DNA of 64,000 bases, from contig HF996829.1 in assembly GCA_000432575.1 (NCBI GenBank), positions 35,272-99,271 of the forward strand. Direction: 5' to 3'. The position numbers and the translations under genes were made by a program. The notes beneath the pieces were generated by a model that was not told where the DNA came from, made no database searches, and worked only from the letters and a program-made list of their open reading frames with translations. The stretch's first letter is position 1; every line of letters begins with the position of its first letter. This document shows positions 10,200 to 19,390 of the stretch, in pieces. Source of the stretch: Clostridium sp. CAG:762. Lineage in GTDB: Bacteria > Bacillota_I > Bacilli_A > RF39 > UBA660.

Positions 10200-10619
10200 T
10201 CATCTATAAGGTTTTAACAATTCTTCCATTTCTAATCTTTCTTCTTCAATAGGTGGTATTGTTTCTTCTCGTTTTCCATTCCAAACTTCTACACCATCAG
10301 GATCCACTCTAATATGTGGACCATTTCTACCATTTATTAATTCATCTTCATTATTTGCTATATCTAAAACAGTTATAAATAATTTAATATTGTTATTAGA
10401 ACTATAAGAATTAAGATAACCCTTAATAAATACTTTAGTCCCTTTAACAAAAAAATCTTTATATATTTCATAAAGATTTCGGTTAATATTTAAACTAGAA
10501 TATACTTTTCTTTTATCATATTTAAGAGTGGTTAATCCAAACTTAATATAATCTTGATTATTATCCATTATATTATTAATTGTTCCAGATATAATTATTT
10601 CATTTAAATCTACATTCAT
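10200..10619 (-). CDS. OB-fold protein, possibly SSB-like (139 aa)
   Basis: Weak call: N-terminal b-rich region ISGTINN..FVKGTKVFIKGYL and an acidic C-terminal tail EEERLEMEELL. Confidence 0.3.
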   Translation of the reverse strand: MNVDLNEIIISGTINNIMDNNQDYIKFGLTTLKYDKRKVYSSLNINRNLYEIYKDFFVKGTKVFIKGYLNSYSSNNNIKLFITVLDIANNEDELINGRNGPHIRVDPDGVEVWNGKREETIPPIEEERLEMEELLKPYR

Positions 10620-10759
10620 ATATCATTTCCTTTCGTTTAATTAATTTAAATTATTTAAATAATTTTAAACTTATATTATTTATTATAATTATTTATTAAT
10701 ATTATTTATTCTGTTAGAAGTTATTCGCTATACATATAGGCAGTATCTTGCTATTTAAT

Positions 10760-11032
10760 CTAGAAGATATTTGCTAAATATATTTTTCTAGCACTATCGT
10801 CATTATCAATTTTAAGATAATTATTTCTTCTCAAAGTTGTTATTGAACTAGATATAGTTCTTTTAGATACTTTTAATAAATTACTTAAATATCTATTACT
10901 TGCATAACAATATCCATCTTTCATTGATAAAGTTGTTATTAAGCCCATTAATAGTTTAGTAGTAGAAGATAAAACTTCATCTAGTAAAACTACCATCGGT
11001 ACTTGTATATATTTTAAATTAGTTAAATCCAT
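10760..11032 (-). CDS. HTH protein of the phage replisome-organizer/RepA_N-like type (90 aa from an internal Met; the track ORF extends to 11191)
   Basis: Motif GYCYASNRYLSNLLKVSKRTISSSITTLRRNNYL, paralogous to 18183..18710. A GGAGA RBS lies 8 nt upstream of the ATG at 11030-11032. Confidence 0.5.
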   Translation of the reverse strand: MDLTNLKYIQVPMVVLLDEVLSSTTKLLMGLITTLSMKDGYCYASNRYLSNLLKVSKRTISSSITTLRRNNYLKIDNDDSARKIYLANIF

Positions 11033-11332
11033 AATATCATTCTCCTTTTCTTTAATTTTTTGCAACAAAAAAACTTGTAAACACATATTACAAGCCATAA
11101 CAATTAATAAACGACTTAAAATAAATACACAATGTGAAATAAACACATCTTTAATGGTTGCTTGAAGTAAAACATATAATACATATTTCAATCCCTTTTA
11201 TTCTTTTTGTTTAGTTCTTTGAAATATGTTTTACTTCAAACTAGTTCATCTCATATTTCTATAAGATAGGTTCTAACATAAGCCTCCAATCTTACTGAAC
11301 CTTATTTGCTAACGACTATCTATGTGTCTTCT

Positions 11333-11596
11333 TTAGCAAATGTGATACTCATACATTCCTGTATGATATTCTTTGAATCTTAGATAATTATTATTTTGTA
11401 ATTGTTCTAAGATTTTTCTTAGTCCTTTGTTTTTTATTCGAACTGTCTGTTGAATATCTCCTACATTTAGATGTGAGATAGTTCTTTCAAATCCCTCTGC
11501 ATATAGATATGCAAATATTTCTTTTGCTTTAGGTTTGATATTCTTATCTTCCCATATCTTGTGGTTTGATATATCTAGATGTTTTAAGTTTCTCAT
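11333..11596 (-). CDS. Small winged-helix/HTH DNA-binding protein (87 aa)
   Basis: ..EIFAYLYAEGFERTISHLNVGDIQQTVRIKNKGLRKILEQL.., divergent from the XRE gene. Confidence 0.4.
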   Translation of the reverse strand: MRNLKHLDISNHKIWEDKNIKPKAKEIFAYLYAEGFERTISHLNVGDIQQTVRIKNKGLRKILEQLQNNNYLRFKEYHTGMYEYHIC

Positions 11597-11747
11597 TCAT
11601 ATCTTGTCCTCCTTTCTTTTTGGAAATTAAGTTTCCATAATCCGACAATACATCATAAATATTATATTGTCAACCCTGTTTCCGTTTTTTTCTTGCATAT
11701 TTCTATTTTTTGTTATATAATTAAGTTGTCAGAGGAGATGATTAGGA

Positions 11748-12257
11748 ATGTTAAATAAAAAAAAATCTGATGAGACACTTGCAGAATTAGTAAGAAATGC
11801 ACGAAAAGAAAAAGGATTATCTGCAAGGAAACTAGCTAACCTACTTAATTTAAGTCATACTGAAATAAATAATATAGAGAGTGGTTATAGAGTTAAGCCA
11901 TCAATTATTGTATTAAAAGGATTAGAACAATATTTAGGTATTCCTTTTACTAAATCTGCAAAACTTGTAGGATATTCAAAAGAAACAATAAAATATGGTG
12001 AAGATGAAATTATTGTTAGCTATGAAATGTATGATAAGAAAATAAAAGAATTTAAAGAAGAAATTAGAAATGCCGAAAATACCATTGAATTAAAAAGACA
12101 TATAGCAATGGATACAGAAGAATATTTTAAAGATATACATAATTATTTAAAAGAACAGAAAGATATTGATAAAAAATTATTAGATAAGGCAAATTCTATT
12201 GAAAGATTTTTATCAGAAATACAAAGAAAATACGAGAGTATTTTCAAAGAAAAATAA
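11748..12257 (+). CDS. XRE-family (Cro/CI-type) HTH transcriptional regulator
   Basis: LSARKLANLLNLSHTEINNIESGYRVKPSIIVLKGLEQYLGI. Confidence 0.75.
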   Translation: MLNKKKSDETLAELVRNARKEKGLSARKLANLLNLSHTEINNIESGYRVKPSIIVLKGLEQYLGIPFTKSAKLVGYSKETIKYGEDEIIVSYEMYDKKIKEFKEEIRNAENTIELKRHIAMDTEEYFKDIHNYLKEQKDIDKKLLDKANSIERFLSEIQRKYESIFKEK

Positions 12258-12377
12258 CCTTTTACCATTATTGGTATTAGGTTATTTTTTGTATAAAAAA
12301 GGATATTACGTTTTGTTGCGTTAGCAATGAAAGTAGTAGACTTTTTTCTTTTTTATGAAGTCATAAGACAAAATAAA

Positions 12378-12430
12378 AAAGGCACCAATACTTTTTACGA
12401 TAGTTTACAGTATTGGTGCTTATTGGGTTT
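12378..12430 (+). terminator. Rho-independent terminator (stem GCACCAATACT/AGTATTGGTGC, then a T-rich tail)
   Basis: 11-bp perfect stem downstream of 11748..12257, followed by TTATTGGGTTTTT. Confidence 0.5.
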
Positions 12431-12504
12431 TTAAAGGATCTCCTTTGGCACACTATTCCTAGTTGGCATTATGCCGACTTGGTAGTGTGTTACTATAATG
12501 GAAT

Positions 12505-12545
12505 TATAGTTTTTAAAAACAGATTAACTTTATCAATTAATCTGT
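12505..12545 (-). terminator. Rho-independent terminator for the 12563..13711 gene
   Basis: Stem CAGATTAA/TTAATCTG, followed on the minus strand by TTTTTAAAAA. Confidence 0.5.
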
Positions 12546-12562
12546 TTAATTTAAATAAATAA

Positions 12563-13711
12563 CTATTTTTTCCTAATTGTTAATACAGCAGGATTTACAG
12601 TTCCTTTTTCTTCTGAATCTTCAATACCATATTGTTTATTCCAATATTTTCTATATTCTTCACCTTGTTTTGCAAAATGTGATAGAGCATTTGCAGTAGC
12701 TCCAGCCATAAATCCACTTAATCCTAACTCTTCATTGTATACTTGTTGTTCAGCTTCTTCAAATGAAATACCTTCTTCAAATTTCTTCATCATTGAAATA
12801 GTTGCTTTAACAACAAATACTGAATAACCATCATTACTATTATTATCAGCAAATTGTAACCATTCTTCTGCTGTTTCAGGTTTAACTAAAGTTAATCCCT
12901 CTTTCATTAATGTGTATTTAGCTTTTTTAGCTGCTAAATCTGCACGTTCTATTGCTTTATTTCTTTCTTCTTCGGCTTTTAATCTTCTATCTCTTTGCTT
13001 ATCAACAATAACATCACCAAAGAATTTTCTTTTTGAATCTTCAATATCTTCTGGGCTTCTTCTATCATAGCCATATTCTATATATGGATTAGAATATAGT
13101 TCTTCGCCAGTTTCTTCTAATGTTATAGATGAAATTGCAGAACCATAGCCTATAAATGGTATTCCAGAATGTTCTGTTTCAATATTTGAAAAATAATTTA
13201 CATTTCTTAATGTATCAGTTTCATTTTGCTCAACTCCGTACCACCAAGCTTTATATGAAATTCTTTCCCCAATATGTTTTTTTAGGTTTTCAAACATTCT
13301 AATAGCATTTTTTTCTTTGCTATGTTTTGCAATATATTCAGCAAAAGTCATATCTCCTTCTTCCATTGGTAAGAAAGAACCTGCTTGAGTATGGCATACA
13401 TAATTATAACCATTACATTTCATGTTGCTAATTAGAATTCTATAATCTGGATTATTTCCATATTTTGCTTTAATTTCATCTAAACTATATCTTTTTCCAA
13501 AATAAATCCATCTAGAATAATTTGATTTTTCACCATCATAAGTTTTTTCACCATCTACAACATATTCTTTGTCGTAAAAACGGAATCCTTGCATTTTACC
13601 ATCATTTTCAATTTGCATAGGATTTCTTTCAGTCACTTCTTTTATTGAAGATTCACTAAATAATAGACCTCTGTAAATTTTCTCAACATAAGTTTTAGTT
13701 ATTTTTTCCAT
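12563..13711 (-). CDS. Hypothetical cargo protein (382 aa from MEKITKTY; the track ORF extends to 13780)
   Basis: Strong RBS GAAGGGGGAAATATT upstream of the ATG at 13709-13711. No recognised domains; a charged coiled-coil-like segment KQRDRRLKAEEERNKAIERADLAAKKAK. Confidence 0.55.
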   Translation of the reverse strand: MEKITKTYVEKIYRGLLFSESSIKEVTERNPMQIENDGKMQGFRFYDKEYVVDGEKTYDGEKSNYSRWIYFGKRYSLDEIKAKYGNNPDYRILISNMKCNGYNYVCHTQAGSFLPMEEGDMTFAEYIAKHSKEKNAIRMFENLKKHIGERISYKAWWYGVEQNETDTLRNVNYFSNIETEHSGIPFIGYGSAISSITLEETGEELYSNPYIEYGYDRRSPEDIEDSKRKFFGDVIVDKQRDRRLKAEEERNKAIERADLAAKKAKYTLMKEGLTLVKPETAEEWLQFADNNSNDGYSVFVVKATISMMKKFEEGISFEEAEQQVYNEELGLSGFMAGATANALSHFAKQGEEYRKYWNKQYGIEDSEEKGTVNPAVLTIRKK

Positions 13712-13806
13712 AATATTTCCCCCTTCAGAAAATCGTTTAATATAATAGCATAAATTAACTAGAATGTCAAGCAAATCCAACTGATTTGTATTAAAAGCAG
13801 GGAAAA

Positions 13807-14199
13807 CTATAATAAATTTAATGAATAATAATAATCATATACATTTAATTTTTGGTTAATTATAATATTTATTTCTTCATCATTAAAATCATATTGAAAG
13901 ATTTTAAATAATAATTCTACTAAAAAATTTTGCTTTTCTAATAATGATAATTCCATATATTTAGCTGATATAAATAATAAGTTTTTATATTTAGCAAAGT
14001 TAGTTATTACTTTTTTATAATTTGAATCTAATATTCCTAATACTTCTTTTAATAATCTAATGAAACTTTCGTCATATTTAGTAGAAAAACAATTTTCTTC
14101 AAGTATATGTATTGCTAATCTAACCTTATTAATCCCATTTAAATCATCAATAATATCAACTAAATTCATTACCCTTTCTGTATTATTTTCTAATAGCAT
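13807..14199 (-). CDS. Hypothetical protein (130 aa)
   Basis: ORF only. Confidence 0.35.
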   Translation of the reverse strand: MLLENNTERVMNLVDIIDDLNGINKVRLAIHILEENCFSTKYDESFIRLLKEVLGILDSNYKKVITNFAKYKNLLFISAKYMELSLLEKQNFLVELLFKIFQYDFNDEEINIIINQKLNVYDYYYSLNLL

Positions 14200-14373
14200 A
14201 AATCTTCCACCTTCCTAATTTGCCATTTAAGGCACTTTATTTCAAAGAACAGATAAGAGATTAAGCTTTACCTTAAAACCTCAATATGAGTGATTAAATT
14301 AGGTTTAATCTCGTTTTCTTGTCTTTTTATTTATCACTCAAACAATTAAAAAAATCAAGAGTGTTTTTTAATT

Positions 14374-15669
14374 TTATCTACTTAAATCAAAATCATCTTT
14401 ATCATATTCACCTTCATCATAATCTCTAACTCTTTCTTTGTAATAATCAGGTGCTTCAACATATTCAAATAATTCATCTTGATTAGTTGTTCCTTTAGAT
14501 ATTCTTACAACATCTCTCATATCAAACTCACTATTGTCATAACAATCTTTAACAACTTCAGCAGTTTCATCTTTAGTATAGTCATTACCTCGTTGTAATA
14601 GTTTCCTTAAAAACTTCTTTAATAATTGGAATAGTTCATTTAATCTATACATTAAACTTCTATTTTCTTGTTCTAGATTTTGATTTTCATATTCTAATTT
14701 ACTAATTTCTTTATTATACTTTTGATTTTCTTTTTCAAGTGATTTATAACTATTAGCATAACTATCAACTTCATTAAATATTGTTTGTAGTTTAGGTTGT
14801 AATTCCATTACTTTTTTAGATTCACTAATAACATTATTCATACTATCAAAAGTATCTTTTTTAACTTTAACAAAATCTTTATCAATAATAAGTGTTTGTT
14901 TAGTAGTTTTCATTTTTTCTTCAAAATCAGCCATTGCTTTATCAATTCTATCATTTCTTACATTTAATTCTTGATTAAGTTTTTTAGTAAGTTTTTTATA
15001 TTCCTTTATTTTAATATGCTGATTATCACTACCTTTAATACCTCGTTCTAAATCATAACCTTTTTCAGTTAGTCTTTTATGATACATATCTTGTAATTGA
15101 GATAATTGTAATTTATCTTTGATATATTGTTTTTTAGATATAGTATATCTTTCAGATTTAGTCCTATTATCTAATTTCTTAACAAGTGGAACAACAACAC
15201 AATGAATATGTGGTATTTCTTCATCTAAATGGACAGTTGCATAAAGTATTTGTTCTTTCTTATAGCCTAAATCATTATAAACAAATTCCATACAAGTATC
15301 TGCCCAATCTTTTATTTGTTCTCTAGACATATCTTTAAAGAAATTATGTGACGCAGTCATAACTAATTCATCAGCAACACAATTTCTTGAACTATTTAAC
15401 ATTTCGTGATATCTTTTCTTTCTATCAGCTCGTTCAGTTTTCATTCGTTCATTGTGTTCCTTTTTATATTCTTTTGTTAATTCATCAAAACCTTTAACAT
15501 ACTTAACATTTAATGGAACAAGTTCTATATTATTCTTACTTAATTCTATTTTTATATCTTTATTTGATTGATATACTTTCTTTTCACGTTTATTATGTGA
15601 TCCTATTTGTGCTAAATCAGGTATAGTCATAATAGGTTCACTTCTAAATATTGCATAATTTAAATTCAT
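14374..15669 (-). CDS. MobV-family (Mob/Pre, pMV158 MobM-like) relaxase
   Basis: Hallmark HxDE..PHxH motif (ATVHLDEEIPHIHCVVVPL), an N-terminal catalytic region, and a long C-terminal coiled coil. Confidence 0.8.
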   Translation of the reverse strand: MNLNYAIFRSEPIMTIPDLAQIGSHNKREKKVYQSNKDIKIELSKNNIELVPLNVKYVKGFDELTKEYKKEHNERMKTERADRKKRYHEMLNSSRNCVADELVMTASHNFFKDMSREQIKDWADTCMEFVYNDLGYKKEQILYATVHLDEEIPHIHCVVVPLVKKLDNRTKSERYTISKKQYIKDKLQLSQLQDMYHKRLTEKGYDLERGIKGSDNQHIKIKEYKKLTKKLNQELNVRNDRIDKAMADFEEKMKTTKQTLIIDKDFVKVKKDTFDSMNNVISESKKVMELQPKLQTIFNEVDSYANSYKSLEKENQKYNKEISKLEYENQNLEQENRSLMYRLNELFQLLKKFLRKLLQRGNDYTKDETAEVVKDCYDNSEFDMRDVVRISKGTTNQDELFEYVEAPDYYKERVRDYDEGEYDKDDFDLSR

Positions 15670-15971
15670 ATATTGTTTCTCCTTTCTTTTTTACACAACA
15701 AAAAAAGATATGTAATTAAACATACCTTACATTGCAACTAATCAAAATTAATATTTTTACTTTTACAATCATACTTATTTATTGAATTATATGATTACAA
15801 GAACACGACACTTTAATTATCTTAAAACTGATACTATAACACTCCAATTGCTTTGATTATCTTTTTTATCAGTAATATCTAGTTTTACATAATCTTTATA
15901 AAAATCAACAATTCCTTTAAAATAAAGTATATCTTGTATATTTTTATTCAATGTCATTTTATACAAAACAC

Positions 15972-16283
15972 TTCTGCATTCTTGCTAGGAACTGATTCAA
16001 TAATTCTAAACATTCCTTCAATATCAACAACGTCAGTCATACGATATTTTCCATCTTGTGCTTTTAATTTTAAAGCGTGACAATTTGTCACGGTTTCATT
16101 TCCTTCTTCTTTTAAACGTTGCTTAAGTTTTCTCCAATAGGCTTGCTTATCCTTACTTTCCGAAATAACTCCAACAAAATCAACAACACTTATAAAATAT
16201 TTTTCTTGTTCCTTATCCCAAACAGTTCTAATTGTTTCATTATTAAACATTTTATTTACTAAATGCATTTTATCTTGATTCAT
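15972..16283 (-). pseudogene. N-terminal part (Bro-N domain) of the split Bro-N/DinD-like gene
   Basis: MNQDKMHLVNKMFNNETIRTVWDKEQEKYFISVVDFVGVIS..TNCHALKLKAQDGKYRMTDVVDIEGMFRIIESVPSKNAEVF, then 3 element-derived codons and a stop (track ORF 15954..16283). Confidence 0.65.
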
Positions 16284-16397
16284 AAGATACCTCCTTTGCT
16301 GTATATATTATATCAAATATTTGTTCTTTTTTCAACATTTGTATAAGTAGTTTATCAATTATTTTATGTACACATTGTCGCAAGTTACGACAAAGTT

Positions 16398-18008
16398 CTA
16401 ATTATTCAGTATACTAAATTTATAGATAATTTCTATGTTTCTATCTTTATCTATAATAATTTTATCTATTAAAGCCCCAATTAATTCTCTTGATGGATTA
16501 TCTATATCAATTAATTTTTTTATTTTATCTTCGTAGTCTTTTATTTCTGACTTATTAACTTTCTTTTCTTCTTTTGAATCTTGTAGACTTTGAATTTTTT
16601 CTCTTATTCTAACTAGAGAATTTTCTGTTTCTCTAGAAATTCTTAAATACATTTCTTCAGATACTATGCCATAAAATTTATCTTGATATAACATATCTAA
16701 CTTACTAATTAATGATTTTTCTTGCTTTCGCAAATCATTTATATTGTTGTTAACTTCACTATTATCTTTTTTATTAATACTTTTAGATATTTCTGATATA
16801 TCTAATTTATTTAAATACTTCTTACAAGTATTTCTAATAACTTCTAGCAATGCTTCTTCTAATTTATCATACGGACTAAAATGAGGTTCACACATTCTTC
16901 TTTTAGGATCTCTTGAATATCTATTACAATTAATAGTCCAATAATCATGATTTTTTCTATAAGAAATTGTTAAAGTATTGCCACATTCCTTACAATATAA
17001 TAAATTTTCAAATAGTCTTTTTTCTCTCTTAGTAATAATAGTTTTAGTAGTTCTTTTAATATTATTTTGAACACTTTCAAATATAAATCTATCTACTAGT
17101 GGTTCATGGGTATTTTTAACTATATCCCAATTACTTTTCGGTAATGATTTTTTCTTTTTGGATTTATATGATACTTTAGTTTGTACACTTTGTACCATAT
17201 CACCAACATACATTTGATTTTTTAAAATCTTTTTAACAGAAGAAATAGTCCACATAGGATTATATTTAGCTTTTGAATTAGGATTCTTTTTCTTCAAACT
17301 ACTAGGTGTTTTAATATTATTATCATTCAAATAAGTGGTTATTTCAGAAAGTCCTACACCGTTATAAGCCATTTCAAATATCTTTTTTACTACCCATGCA
17401 TACTCTGGATCTGGTATTAAGTGCCCTTTATCATTTGGATCTCTTAAATATCCATAACTTGGAGCACTTCCAATAAATTTACCATTTCTCCTTTTGTCAT
17501 TTAAAACATTACGAATTTTAATAGAATTTTGTTTACTATAATAATCATTACAAGCAAATAACCATGTTGCTGAATCATTACTTGCTTGATTAATCGCATT
17601 ATCGTATCCTTCCAACATAGAAATAAATCTTATTCCATTTTCTGGAAAGAAGGTTTCAACATAATATCCTGTTAAAATATGATCTCTACCTAATCTTGAT
17701 AAGTCTTTTACTATTACAAGATTAATTCTTTTGGCTTTAATATCTTCAATTAATCTCTGAAATCCTGGTCTATCAAAAGTAGTACCAGAATATCCATCAT
17801 CTACATATTCATCTACAAAAATAAATCCTTTTTCTTTGATAAAATTCATTAGTATATTTCTTTGATTAAGGACACTCTCACTTTCAGATTCGTAAGATTT
17901 GCCTTCATCAGCTTCTGATAATCTTATATAAATTCCTGCTTTGTAGTAATCTGGCATCACATTTAAAGTGTTATACAAGCTTACTCTCCTTTCCTTGTTG
18001 TATAACAA
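16398..18008 (-). CDS. Large serine recombinase (second copy, outer element)
   Basis: GIYIRLSEADEG catalytic Ser motif, VIVKDLSRLGRD, zinc ribbon CKECGNTLTISYRKNHDYWTINCNRY..RRMC; 536 aa. Confidence 0.9.
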   Translation of the reverse strand: MLYNKERRVSLYNTLNVMPDYYKAGIYIRLSEADEGKSYESESESVLNQRNILMNFIKEKGFIFVDEYVDDGYSGTTFDRPGFQRLIEDIKAKRINLVIVKDLSRLGRDHILTGYYVETFFPENGIRFISMLEGYDNAINQASNDSATWLFACNDYYSKQNSIKIRNVLNDKRRNGKFIGSAPSYGYLRDPNDKGHLIPDPEYAWVVKKIFEMAYNGVGLSEITTYLNDNNIKTPSSLKKKNPNSKAKYNPMWTISSVKKILKNQMYVGDMVQSVQTKVSYKSKKKKSLPKSNWDIVKNTHEPLVDRFIFESVQNNIKRTTKTIITKREKRLFENLLYCKECGNTLTISYRKNHDYWTINCNRYSRDPKRRMCEPHFSPYDKLEEALLEVIRNTCKKYLNKLDISEISKSINKKDNSEVNNNINDLRKQEKSLISKLDMLYQDKFYGIVSEEMYLRISRETENSLVRIREKIQSLQDSKEEKKVNKSEIKDYEDKIKKLIDIDNPSRELIGALIDKIIIDKDRNIEIIYKFSILNN

Positions 18009-18182
18009 CTAAAGCCAATTAAATTATACCATACAAATTTAATTTGGCACATTGTATCAATCACTATTTACCTTACTTTTAATAAATTTAATTACCAGTT
18101 CATAGAAATTAGGAGAATCATCTTTGAAAGTTTCTATTATATTAAACATAAGCCACCTCATTTAAGTATATGAGTGTCTTTA

Positions 18183-18710
18183 TCAATTTATATCTTCCTC
18201 CATTTCTTTAAAACTCTCTAGCTTTTTCTCCATCTCTTTTTGTTCTTCCTTAGTTGCTTCTTTTGATTCAATAGGTTCACCATGCCAGTATTCAACACCA
18301 AATTCATCCACATAATAAATTTTATCTAATATATCTTTTTTATTTTTATTATATTTATTATAATGGTTAAAATTATTTTGAATACTAGTATTAATATTTC
18401 CTTGAATACTTGTTATTCTTTTCTTTAATACCTCGGATAATTTTATTATCCTCTTTGAATTATTTGTTTCACTATTATTAATTTCTATATCAATATATCC
18501 ATTTTTTGATAAACTACTTATACTCTTTGATACAGTTGGTTTGGTACAATCAAACTTCTTCATAAAATATCTATTAGTAGGCCAACAATAGCCATTTTTC
18601 TTACATAGTGACACAATGTCTATTAATAATATTCTCTCAAAGTAAGTTAATCTATTATCTCCTAATACTGATTCTGGTAATACTAAACTTATAAATGGTT
18701 CTTTTTCCAT
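18183..18710 (-). CDS. HTH protein of the replisome-organizer/RepA_N-like type (175 aa), paralog of 10760..11032
   Basis: GYCWPTNRYFMKKFDCTKPTVSKSISSLSKNGYI; sits immediately upstream of the recombinase. Confidence 0.5.
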   Translation of the reverse strand: MEKEPFISLVLPESVLGDNRLTYFERILLIDIVSLCKKNGYCWPTNRYFMKKFDCTKPTVSKSISSLSKNGYIDIEINNSETNNSKRIIKLSEVLKKRITSIQGNINTSIQNNFNHYNKYNKNKKDILDKIYYVDEFGVEYWHGEPIESKEATKEEQKEMEKKLESFKEMEEDIN

Positions 18711-19105
18711 TATTTCTCCAATATAAGATTATCAAGTTTAGTAGTTCCATATTATCCTCCTTTCTTTACCAGTCTTTTTAGGAACACATAAAAAGAACTG
18801 AACACATTAGTCCACAACAAAAATAAGGGAATATTTCCAATCTTTTTTGTTGGATTAATATGTATTCAGTTCTTCACTGATTAATTATTATACATTATTC
18901 TTTAATGTATAATAAAGCTTTCTAATTTCTTTTTAATATTTACTATTTTATATTTATATATGTTTATATGTAATAGTCACATTCCCGTATGACTAGTTTA
19001 ATTATAACACTAATTATTGTATTTTCAATATGTAATCGTTAGACAATATCCGACAAATTATTTTATTTGTTAAAAATCATTAACACTAATTTGAGTGTTG
19101 TCAAC

Positions 19106-19390
19106 TCAAATACCATCATTATTTTCTTGCTGACTTTTTACAAAACTATTATATTCATCTACCTTAGTATTATAATCATTTAAAATATCTTTTATTAATG
19201 ACACAAGCCCTTCTTCTTCTGGAGTTTTATCATCAAATTCTTTGTTAATTGTGTATTTACTCTTTAAATTTTCATTTAACAAAAATTTTACCAATTCTTT
19301 AAAATCTATATCTTTCGAAAAATTATATGTTTCAATAAGATTTTTATCATGATATAGTTTTATATTATCTTGTTCTTTAATTATTTCCAT
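19106..19390 (-). CDS. Hypothetical small protein (94 aa)
   Basis: ORF only; overlaps the downstream gene start. Confidence 0.35.
   Translation of the reverse strand: MEIIKEQDNIKLYHDKNLIETYNFSKDIDFKELVKFLLNENLKSKYTINKEFDDKTPEEEGLVSLIKDILNDYNTKVDEYNSFVKSQQENNDGI

Larger units (their letters stand above)
8195..15971. mobile_element. Nested integrative mobilizable element of about 7.8 kb (serine recombinase at one end, MobV relaxase at the other) inserted in the Bro-N/DinD-like gene; boundaries approximate (+/-20 bp)
   Basis: The dinD-like N-part (..SKNAEVFCIK*) and C-part (..EPIKQWLAKLG..) sit on either side. The recombinase stop overlaps the terminus, and both junctions contain TATAAAA. Confidence 0.6.
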
